DNA from: Phycisphaerales bacterium JB054
Lineage (GTDB): Bacteria > Planctomycetota > Phycisphaerae > Phycisphaerales > UBA1924
NCBI GenBank assembly: GCA_043100935.1
Contig: JBICHP010000016.1
Location: 25,520 to 89,519, forward strand
Direction: 5' to 3'
Length of the DNA stretch: 64,000 nt
This document shows, one piece after another, positions 18,563 to 25,884 of this stretch. Made by a program: the position numbers and the translations under genes. The notes beneath the pieces were generated by a model. It ran no database searches. It was not told where the DNA came from and was given only the letters and a program-made list of their open reading frames with translations. Each line of letters begins with the position of its first letter. Within the stretch, counting starts at the first letter, position 1.

Positions 18563-20125
18563 GTGAATTACCGTCTCGTCGTCGGACAGCTCGGCCTCCT
18601 CTTCACGCTCCTCGGCGTGATCATGATCGCCACCGCCGGGCTCTTCGCACTCGCCGAGGTCTTCGAGATCCGCCGCGACACCGACCAGACCGGACTGCTC
18701 GCACTCGCCGCGACCGGGGGCGTCGGCACCATCCTCGGCTACCTCGGCTGGTTCTCCGCCCGAAACACCCCGGGCTATATCGGCCGACGAGAGGCGCTCC
18801 TCCTCGTTGCCGGCAGCTGGCTCCTCGGCGCTGCGCTGGCCGCGACTCCCTACCTCGTCTGGGCCCATATCTCACCCGACACCCCGGATCACCCCTTCCG
18901 ATCGCCAGTCAACGCCTACTTCGAGGCCATGAGCGGCCTGACCACCACCGGCGCCACAGTGCTCCCCCAGATCGAGACGCTCCCCAGCGGCATCCTGCTC
19001 TGGCGCGCGCTCACCCACTGGCTCGGCGGCCTGGGCATCGTCGTGCTCTTCGTCGCCGTCCTCCCCGGCCTCGGCGTCGGCGGCAAACGCATCTTCAACG
19101 TCGAGGCCCCCGGCCCAAGCCCCGAGGGCCTGCAGCCGCACATCCGCGAGACCGCCCGCTGGCTCTGGTACATCTACCTCGGGCTCTCCGTCGCCATGGC
19201 CGCCGCCCTGTGGGTCGCCACCCCGCTCGACCTCTTCGACTCGGTCTGCCACACCTTCGCCACGCTCGCCACCGGCGGCTTCAGCACCAAGAACGCCAGC
19301 GTCGGCGCCTACGCCCACACCGTCTCGGTCGACATCATCGTCATCCCCTTCATGGTCCTCGCCGGGGTGAACTTCAACCTGTTCTACAAGCTCGTCCGCG
19401 GCCGGGTCAAAGAGGTCCTCCGTGACACCGAACTCCGCCTCTACCTCGCCCTGCTCAGCCTCGGCGCCCTGCTCGTCACCCTCGCGGTCTGGTACTCCGA
19501 CAACCCCATCGTCATGACCACCGGCGAACACGTCGAGTCCACCCTCGGCGCCTCGGCTCGCCAGGCCGTCTTCACCACCGTCTCCGTCCAGTCGACCACC
19601 GGCTTCTGCACCAGCGACTTCAATCTCTGGCCATTCCTCGCCAAGGCCGTCCTGGTCATGCTCATGTTCGTCGGCGGGTGCGCCGGCTCCACCGCCGGCG
19701 GCATCAAGGTCATCCGCGTCTGGGCCGCCTGCAAGATCCTCCTCGCCGAGGTCGAGCACGTCTTCCGCCCCAAGGTCGTCCGCCCCGTCCGGTTCGGCAA
19801 GTCCGCGATGGACCCCGAACTCAAACTCGGCACCCTCGCCTTCGTCCTGGGCATCATCATGCTCTTCGTGCTCGGCTCCGGCAGCGTGATGCTCTTCGAA
19901 CAGCTCAACCCGGCGTCCGACTGCTCCTACACCACCGCCGCGACCTCCGCCATCGCCACGCTCTGCACCATCGGCCCCGGGCTCGAGGCGGTCGGCGCCG
20001 TCGCCAACTACGGCTGGTTCTCTACGCCCTCCAAGATCGTCCTCACCCTCCTCATGGTCCTGGGCCGCCTCGAGATCTTCGCGATCATCGTGCTCTTCAG
20101 CCACCGCTTCTGGCGTCACGATTAG
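18563..20125 (+). CDS. trkH: Trk potassium uptake system membrane protein TrkH
   Basis: GTG at 18563. Polytopic protein with TrkH-type selectivity-filter segments ([34 protein letters not shown]). Confidence 0.85.
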   Translation: MNYRLVVGQLGLLFTLLGVIMIATAGLFALAEVFEIRRDTDQTGLLALAATGGVGTILGYLGWFSARNTPGYIGRREALLLVAGSWLLGAALAATPYLVWAHISPDTPDHPFRSPVNAYFEAMSGLTTTGATVLPQIETLPSGILLWRALTHWLGGLGIVVLFVAVLPGLGVGGKRIFNVEAPGPSPEGLQPHIRETARWLWYIYLGLSVAMAAALWVATPLDLFDSVCHTFATLATGGFSTKNASVGAYAHTVSVDIIVIPFMVLAGVNFNLFYKLVRGRVKEVLRDTELRLYLALLSLGALLVTLAVWYSDNPIVMTTGEHVESTLGASARQAVFTTVSVQSTTGFCTSDFNLWPFLAKAVLVMLMFVGGCAGSTAGGIKVIRVWAACKILLAEVEHVFRPKVVRPVRFGKSAMDPELKLGTLAFVLGIIMLFVLGSGSVMLFEQLNPASDCSYTTAATSAIATLCTIGPGLEAVGAVANYGWFSTPSKIVLTLLMVLGRLEIFAIIVLFSHRFWRHD

Positions 20126-20174
20126 CCCCGACCCCTCCGGACCCCGCACGAACCCGCGGCCCTCGCCCCGGCGC

Positions 20175-20202
20175 TTGACACTCCCGCCCGACGCGGTACG
20201 CT
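20175..20202 (+). promoter_or_regulatory. Candidate sigma-70-type promoter for the riboswitch transcript
   Basis: TTGACA (20175-20180), 16-nt spacer, TACGCT (20197-20202). Lies about 10 nt upstream of the first conserved riboswitch block. By eye only. Confidence 0.35.
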
Positions 20203-20211
20203 CCGCCTGTC

Positions 20212-20470
20212 ATCGGTGCCTCAAGACCCGGCTCGCCGGGTCGAAGGGCTGAAAAGGGAAGTGCGGTGAAGCCTCGACCCCTCGCCCCGTGCGTCGGGAC
20301 ACAGGCCAGTCCGCCGCGGTCGCGCCGCCGTAGGGGGCACAGATCGCGAGTTCCCGCCCACCCCGGCCGCGTGCCGGATCCGGGCGGAACCAGCCACTGC
20401 CGCAACGCACGCCACGTGCCGCGCCGCGGGAAGGCCGAACTCGCGAGCCCCAAGCCGGAAGACCTGCCGA
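20212..20470 (+). promoter_or_regulatory. Cobalamin (B12) riboswitch aptamer
   Basis: Hallmark blocks in the canonical order: GGTGCC (20215-20220), AAAAGGGAA (20252-20260), GGTGAA (20265-20270), GCCACTG (20393-20399) and B12 box AAGCCGGAAGACCTGCC (20452-20468). Lies in a 523-nt non-coding gap upstream of the ATG at 20649. Confidence 0.8.
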
Positions 20471-20648
20471 AGACCGGGCTCGGTTTGTTCACGCCGAACC
20501 CGTAGGTCTGCACGCTCTCGCGCGAACGAGGCGTCGGGCACCGCCGCGGCACGCTCCCGCCGCCGGCGCACCCGTCGATCTTCGCGAGAGCTCCGCCACC
20601 CGGCAGGGAGCCGTCCCGCGCGAACTCGGGACGCATCAGAGGTCTCGC

Positions 20649-21752
20649 ATGTCCACGACACTCCGCCCGTCCGTCGCCGCACGCTCTCGCTGCGCCCTCG
20701 TCCTCTCGCTCGCCGCCGCCGCCGCTCCGGCCATGGCCGACGCCTTCTCCACCTACGGCGACCACTACCGCGCCTTCGCCACCCCGCCCGTCGGCAACGG
20801 CTCCTTCGGTGTCGCCGGAGACGCCCTCCCCGACGGCCGCCTGCTCATGGTCACCGGCAACAGCGTCTTCCTCGAGTCGCACGCCGGCTCGGCGGTCTTC
20901 AGCGAGGTCGCGATCCTCGACGCCTCACAGACCGGCGGCTCCACCGATCCCGCCTTCCTCACCGTCAGCCCCGACGGGCAGCGCATCGCCATCGGCACCG
21001 GCTTCGGCAAACCCGTCGCCGTCTTCGAGACCAACGCCCTCGGCACCCCCAACGCGCCCACCACACTCACCAGCGGCACGCTGGCCGACTACTTCACCGT
21101 CGGCCACTTCGACGGCACATGGTTCGACAACACCTCGCTGGCCCTCACCGCCGGCGAGTTCGGCCAGCCCTCGTTCGTCTCGATGCTCGACACCACCAGC
21201 GCACCCGACAACCCCCTCAACGAGCCCGTCGTCACCAACATCCTCGGCGGCTCCGCCGGTGTCGCCTTCGACAGCGCAGGGCGCCTCTACACCGCCAACG
21301 GCTTCGCCTACGGCACAGGCTCCGACACCGGCAACATCCGCGTCTTCGAACCCGCCGACTGGCTCGGCGGCGTCGACTTCGAGACCGGCGGCACATTCAT
21401 CGGTGACATCCTCAGCGGCAACGCGCTCAACATCGACGCCGACGGCAACCTCTTCGTCGGCGGCGGCGATTTCAACAACTTCGACGCCGGCTACCTCGGC
21501 ATCATCAACGCCCACGCCATCGCCGACGCTCTCGCCGGTGCCGGGCCCATCGACCCCAACAACCCGCTCCACCTCGCCCGCCTCGACCCCCGCCTCGACG
21601 GCTTCGGCTTCTTCGGCAGCGCCTTCAACCCCGCCACCGGCGAGCTCTACATCACCGACGGCCAGACCTGGTACGCCACCGTCCCCGCCCCCTCCTCGCT
21701 CGCGCTCCTCGCCGCCGCGGGCCTCGTCGCCCGGAGGCGCCGCCGTGACTGA
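20649..21752 (+). CDS. Secreted beta-propeller (NHL/SMP-30-like repeats) protein with PEP-CTERM-type C-terminal sorting tail
   Basis: Signal peptide (ALVLSLAAAAAPAMA). Repeated propeller-like strands (GVAFDSAGRLYTANGF, ALNIDADGNLFVGGG, SAFNPATGELYITDG). C-terminus VPAPSSLALLAAAGLVARRRRRD has the PEP-CTERM layout (motif, TM, Arg cluster). Confidence 0.75.
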   Translation: MSTTLRPSVAARSRCALVLSLAAAAAPAMADAFSTYGDHYRAFATPPVGNGSFGVAGDALPDGRLLMVTGNSVFLESHAGSAVFSEVAILDASQTGGSTDPAFLTVSPDGQRIAIGTGFGKPVAVFETNALGTPNAPTTLTSGTLADYFTVGHFDGTWFDNTSLALTAGEFGQPSFVSMLDTTSAPDNPLNEPVVTNILGGSAGVAFDSAGRLYTANGFAYGTGSDTGNIRVFEPADWLGGVDFETGGTFIGDILSGNALNIDADGNLFVGGGDFNNFDAGYLGIINAHAIADALAGAGPIDPNNPLHLARLDPRLDGFGFFGSAFNPATGELYITDGQTWYATVPAPSSLALLAAAGLVARRRRRD

Positions 21753-22860
21753 CAACACCGATCCCGGTGCCACCAGGCGAAGCCCAGTTCCTCCCCGCAC
21801 CGGTGCCACTGGGCGAAGCCCAGTGCCCTCCCCCCGACACCACCGCGGCAACCGCGCACGCAGAACCACATCCCTGCTCCTCGCGTCCTGCGCCGCCGCA
21901 CCAGCGGTCCTCGCCCAAGCCCCCTTCGCCGCCACCGTCATCGACTACCGCCCCGCCCCCGGCCAGTTCGTGCAGGACCCCGCCTTCAACAATCCTGCGC
22001 GCGCACTCGGCCCGCCCGTCGGCGGCGGCACGCTCGACGGCAACGACACCAAGGCCGTCACCCTCGGCGGCTTCGGCGGCTCCATCACCCTCGCCTTCGA
22101 CCGCCCCGTCCGCGACGACCCGCACAACCCGTTCGGACTCGACTGCATCGTCTACGGCAACGCCTTCTGGCACAACAACGATCCCAACCGCCGCTGGGCC
22201 GAACCCGCCACCATCGAGATCTCCCGCGACACCAACCGCAACGGCCTCGCCGACGACCCGTGGTACCTCATCCCCGGCACCCACCTGCCCGAGCCCATCA
22301 CCACCTGGCAGCCGCAGACCTGGGACGACAACACCAACGACAACACCTTCCCCCCCTCCCTCGCCTCGTGGCTCCCCCCCGGCCAAAGCGGCACCTGGCA
22401 GACCTGGTCCTTCCGCCTCCCGGCCGATCCCTTCGAGAGCTCGATCATCCTCGACAACCCCAACGGCCCCTTCGCCATCGACGAGGGCGTCATCGGCTAC
22501 GCCGACTGCTCGCCGACCCTCCTCCTCGGCGATCTCAACGCCGACAACACCATCGACGACCCCGACGCCGACCCGGCGGTCTTCTACACCACCCCCGACA
22601 ACCCCTTCACCGTCGGCATCGACCCCGGCAGTGGGGGGGGCGACGCCTTCGACATCGCCTGGGCCATCGACCCCGCGACCAATCTGCCCGCCAATCTCCG
22701 CGCCTTCGACTTCATCCGCATCACCAACGCGACCAACGCCGTGTTCGGCCCCTTCGGCGAACGCTCCGCCGAGCTGTGCGCCGTCGCCGATGTCGCCCCC
22801 CGCGTGAGCGATCACACCGTGCGCGCGCGGATCGAGCCCCGGGAGGTCCGCAGGCCATGA
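21745..22860 (+). CDS. Secreted protein with dockerin/EF-hand-like Asp-rich loop (unknown function)
   Basis: Signal peptide RRTTSLLLASCAAAPAVLAQA. Protein-like sequence with GDLNADNTIDDPDAD loop. Start ambiguous: GTG 21745 (8-nt overlap with the upstream stop) or GTG 21823 (better signal-peptide geometry). ATGA overlap with the next gene. Confidence 0.65.
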   Translation: MTDNTDPGATRRSPVPPRTGATGRSPVPSPRHHRGNRARRTTSLLLASCAAAPAVLAQAPFAATVIDYRPAPGQFVQDPAFNNPARALGPPVGGGTLDGNDTKAVTLGGFGGSITLAFDRPVRDDPHNPFGLDCIVYGNAFWHNNDPNRRWAEPATIEISRDTNRNGLADDPWYLIPGTHLPEPITTWQPQTWDDNTNDNTFPPSLASWLPPGQSGTWQTWSFRLPADPFESSIILDNPNGPFAIDEGVIGYADCSPTLLLGDLNADNTIDDPDADPAVFYTTPDNPFTVGIDPGSGGGDAFDIAWAIDPATNLPANLRAFDFIRITNATNAVFGPFGERSAELCAVADVAPRVSDHTVRARIEPREVRRP

Positions 22861-23783
22861 TGCGTGCGCGCGCCCAAACGAGGACCAGACCCGCGTGCCG
22901 CGGCCGTCTCGGCCGTATTGCCCCGCGCCCCGCCTTCACCCTCATCGAACTCCTCGTCTGCACCGCCATCATCGCGATGCTCATCGGCATCCTCCTGCCC
23001 AGCCTCCGCACCGCCCGCGAGGCCGGCCGCACCGCCCTCTGCCTCTCCAACCAGCGCCAGCTCGCCGCGGCCCTCCACCTCTACGCCACCGACAACGACG
23101 ACCACGCCGCCCCCGGCGCACCCGACTACCGCGCCAACCTCACCCGCTGGCACGGCAGCCGCGCGCGCACCGGCGAACCCTTCCGCGCCACCGGCGCCCC
23201 CCTCACCCCCTACCTCGCCGCCGACGCGGCCTCCCCCGACGCCCCATCGGCCGCCATCCGCACCTGCCCGACCTTCGCCGGCACGCTCGATCGCCTCCAC
23301 GACACCGGCCGCGGCTTCGAGCGCTCCGCCGGCGGCTACGGCTACAACAACGCCTACCTCGGCGTCGCCCTCGTCCGTGACACCCCCGTCAACAACCACC
23401 CCACCTGGCGCGTCCGCGACGACCGCACCGGCGCCCGCCTCTCCCGATTCGCGACGCCCAACGCCACCCTCGCCTTCGCCGACACCGCCTTCCCCGACGC
23501 CCTCGCGTCGGATCTGGTGGTCGAATACAGCTTCGCCGAGCCCCGCTTCCACCCCCAGTTCGGCCAGGGCGAGTCGGGTTTCCGCACCGACCCATCCATC
23601 CACTTCCGCCACGCCAACACCCGCGCCGTCGCCGTCTGGCTCGACGCCCACGCCGACACCCGCGCGCGCACGCACTCCTGGTCCAGCGGCCTCTACAATC
23701 CCTCGCCCGAGTCGGTCAACCTCGGCTGGTTCGGCCAGGACGACTCCAACGCCCTCTTCGACTTTGACGCCGGAGGTCGATAG
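22857..23783 (+). CDS. Prepilin-type N-terminal cleavage/methylation domain protein, DUF1559-like (H-X9-DG class pseudopilin)
   Basis: Canonical prepilin motif AFTLIELLVCTAIIAMLIGILLPSL. The CLSNQRQL segment and C-terminal HFRHANTRAVAVWLDAHA resemble the DUF1559 family expanded in Planctomycetes. Confidence 0.85.
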   Translation: MMRARAQTRTRPACRGRLGRIAPRPAFTLIELLVCTAIIAMLIGILLPSLRTAREAGRTALCLSNQRQLAAALHLYATDNDDHAAPGAPDYRANLTRWHGSRARTGEPFRATGAPLTPYLAADAASPDAPSAAIRTCPTFAGTLDRLHDTGRGFERSAGGYGYNNAYLGVALVRDTPVNNHPTWRVRDDRTGARLSRFATPNATLAFADTAFPDALASDLVVEYSFAEPRFHPQFGQGESGFRTDPSIHFRHANTRAVAVWLDAHADTRARTHSWSSGLYNPSPESVNLGWFGQDDSNALFDFDAGGR

Positions 23784-23784
23784 C

Positions 23785-24009
23785 GTGCCCACAGTCGAAC
23801 GCTGCATCTGCTACGACGTCAGCTTCGCCGAGCTCAAGGAGATCGCCGACAAGATCGATGCCGATCTCAAGACCCTCTCGGCCCGCACCGGTTGTTGCAC
23901 CGGCTGCGGCATGTGCAAGCCCTACGTCGAGCTCATGCTCAAGACCGGACGCACGAGCTTTCCATTGTTGCCGATCGCCGAGCTGCGCCGGCTCAATCAA
24001 TCGCCCTGA
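23785..24009 (+). CDS. BFD-like [2Fe-2S]-binding domain protein
   Basis: GTG at 23785 with GGAGG at 23772-23776. 74 aa with Cys pattern CxC...CCxxCxxC (ERCICYDV...GCCTGCGMCKPYV) typical of bacterioferritin-associated-ferredoxin-like domains. Confidence 0.6.
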   Translation: MPTVERCICYDVSFAELKEIADKIDADLKTLSARTGCCTGCGMCKPYVELMLKTGRTSFPLLPIAELRRLNQSP

Positions 24010-24084
24010 CCTGCCCGGTCGATCTGCGCGCGCACCCCAGCGCGACGCCGCCGGCGGCGGTACGCTCCTCCGCACGAGAGCCGC

Positions 24085-25482
24085 ATGCCGCCGCCACCAC
24101 AAGCCCAAATCAGCCCCGCCACGCGCCGCGACCTCCGACTCATCACTGTCGACGGGCTGTTCTACTGCCTCATGGTCGGGTGCGGCGAGGCCTACTTCGG
24201 CGCCTTCGCCATCGCCATGGGCATGCACGAGATCCTCGCCGGGCTCATCGGCTCGGTCCCCCTCGTCGTCGGCGGCACGCTCCAGCTCGTCACGCCCGTC
24301 ATGGTCCGTCGCCTCGGCTCGCTCCGCCGCTGGGTCGTCCTCTGCGCCACCATCCAGGCGTGCAGCTTCCTGCCGCTGGCCATGGGCGCCTACCACGGCA
24401 GCATGCCCGCGTGGCTGATCTACCTGGCCGTCAGTCTCTATTGGACGGTCAACTACGCCCAGGGCCCCGCCTGGAACACCTGGGTCGCGACCCTCGTCCC
24501 CGACCGCATCCGCGCACGCTACTTCGCCAGGCGCACCCGCATCATCCAGCTCGGCACCGTCGTCGGCCTGCTCGGCGCCGGCACCGCGCTCAACCTCGGC
24601 AAGGGCAACCCGGACAACTCCGCCGCCGTCGGTGTCTTCGTGATCCTGTTCCTCTCCGCGGCCGCGTTCCGGTTCTACGCCAGCCGGTGCCTGGCCGCCC
24701 AGTCCGAGCCCGAGCCCCTGCCGCGGAACTTCCGCTCGGTCTCGCCGAGGCAGTTCCTCGCCCGCTGGCGCACCGGGCACGACGCCCGCCTGCTCGGCTA
24801 CATGCTGCTGGTGCAGATCGCCGTGCAGACCTCCGGGCCCTTCTTCACGCCCTTCATGCTCGTCCGCCTCGAGCTCAGCTACGCCACCTACATGGTGCTC
24901 ATCGCGGTCTCGTTCGTCTCCCGCATGGTGGTGCTGCCCTTCCTCGGCCGTCTCGCCCAACGCCGCGGCCCGCGCGCGGTGCTGCTCGTCGGCGGCCTCG
25001 GGCTCATCCCCGCGTCCTCGCTCTGGGCCTTCGGCGACAACTTCTGGTACCTGCTGGCCATCCAGGCGTTCTCCGGCGCGGTGTGGGCCGCCTACGAGCT
25101 GGCCACCTTCCTCCTGCTCTTCGACGCCATCCCCTCCAACGAGCGCACCAGCGTGCTCAGCATGTTCAACTTCGCCAACACCCTCGCGATCGTGATCGGC
25201 TCGCTCGCCGGCGCAACGCTGCTCGGCCTGCTGGGCGAGGGCATCGCCGCCTACCACACGCTCTTTATCATCTCCTCTGGCCTCCGCGTGCTGACCATCC
25301 CGCTGCTGCTGCTCATCCACGTCCGCTCGTTCCGGCCCAAGCCGATCGAGCTGCAGCCCATGAGCGTCCGCCCGGGCGTCGGCGCGGTCGATCGGCCGGT
25401 GCTGGCGGGCGTCGAGGACGACGCCGAGGCCGACGCGTCGCGGGAGGGCGAAGAGGTCGGGGCGGCCGGGGCCGGCGGCTGA
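24085..25482 (+). CDS. MFS-type transporter
   Basis: About 12 predicted hydrophobic helices with Arg/Lys-rich short loops (VRRLGSLRRW, LAQRRGPRA) in the MFS motif-A position. Same strand, 75 nt after the BFD-like gene. Confidence 0.75.
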   Translation: MPPPPQAQISPATRRDLRLITVDGLFYCLMVGCGEAYFGAFAIAMGMHEILAGLIGSVPLVVGGTLQLVTPVMVRRLGSLRRWVVLCATIQACSFLPLAMGAYHGSMPAWLIYLAVSLYWTVNYAQGPAWNTWVATLVPDRIRARYFARRTRIIQLGTVVGLLGAGTALNLGKGNPDNSAAVGVFVILFLSAAAFRFYASRCLAAQSEPEPLPRNFRSVSPRQFLARWRTGHDARLLGYMLLVQIAVQTSGPFFTPFMLVRLELSYATYMVLIAVSFVSRMVVLPFLGRLAQRRGPRAVLLVGGLGLIPASSLWAFGDNFWYLLAIQAFSGAVWAAYELATFLLLFDAIPSNERTSVLSMFNFANTLAIVIGSLAGATLLGLLGEGIAAYHTLFIISSGLRVLTIPLLLLIHVRSFRPKPIELQPMSVRPGVGAVDRPVLAGVEDDAEADASREGEEVGAAGAGG

Positions 25483-25589
25483 GCCCCGCGGTCACGAGGA
25501 GCGGACGCCCGGCACGCCGGGCCTGAGAAGCCGTCGGAGCACACCGGACGCCGAGAACACTTCCCGGACCAAGGGCGTTGGCGAACCGG

Positions 25590-25757
25590 CCATCGAACCT
25601 CGGGAGCGGGCCTTCGAACCTCGGGAGCCGGCCGTCGAAGTCCGGGAACCGACCCTCGAAGGCGGGCGACCCACCTTCGAAGATCGGGAGCCGATCTTCG
25701 AAGATGGAGAGCTGATCTTCGAAAGTCGGGAACCAACCTTCGAAGGTCGGGAACCGA
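25590..25757. repeat. Intergenic tandem array, 8 units of exactly 21 nt centred on TTCGAA/CTTCGAAG palindromes
   Basis: Units start at 25590, 25611, 25632, 25653, 25674, 25695, 25716 and 25737, with a degenerate ninth at 25758. Consensus approx CCTTCGAAGNTCGGGAGCCGA. TCGAA keeps a fixed phase in every unit. Confidence 0.9.
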
Positions 25758-25884
25758 TCTTGCGTGATACGGACCTACCTCCCGGCCCTGTGAACCCCGC
25801 GGGGGCGATCCGCCGCCGGAAGCCCGCTCGGCGCGTCCGAAAACTCCCGCCACCCGGGCGCGACCGGCCGGTATACCTCGCACA

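Noticed and set aside
23892-25526. 544-aa alternative-frame ORF across the MFS gene, and Pro/Arg-rich ORFs across the riboswitch operon (20809..21744, 21767..22807, 22864..23784).
   Set aside because: They are low-complexity Pro/Arg/Ser/Thr translations of the same DNA. The chosen frames carry signal peptides, a prepilin motif and TM helices.
25590-25760. The 21-nt array as a coding heptad repeat (plus frame gives ..EP.FE.R..; minus frames give SKIGSR.. or PDLRR..).
   Set aside because: No ATG/GTG/TTG start precedes the array in the open plus frame, which then runs out of frame into the good 25885 gene. The minus-strand frames belong to long antisense artefact ORFs. It is kept as a non-coding repeat, with proteomics suggested as a check.
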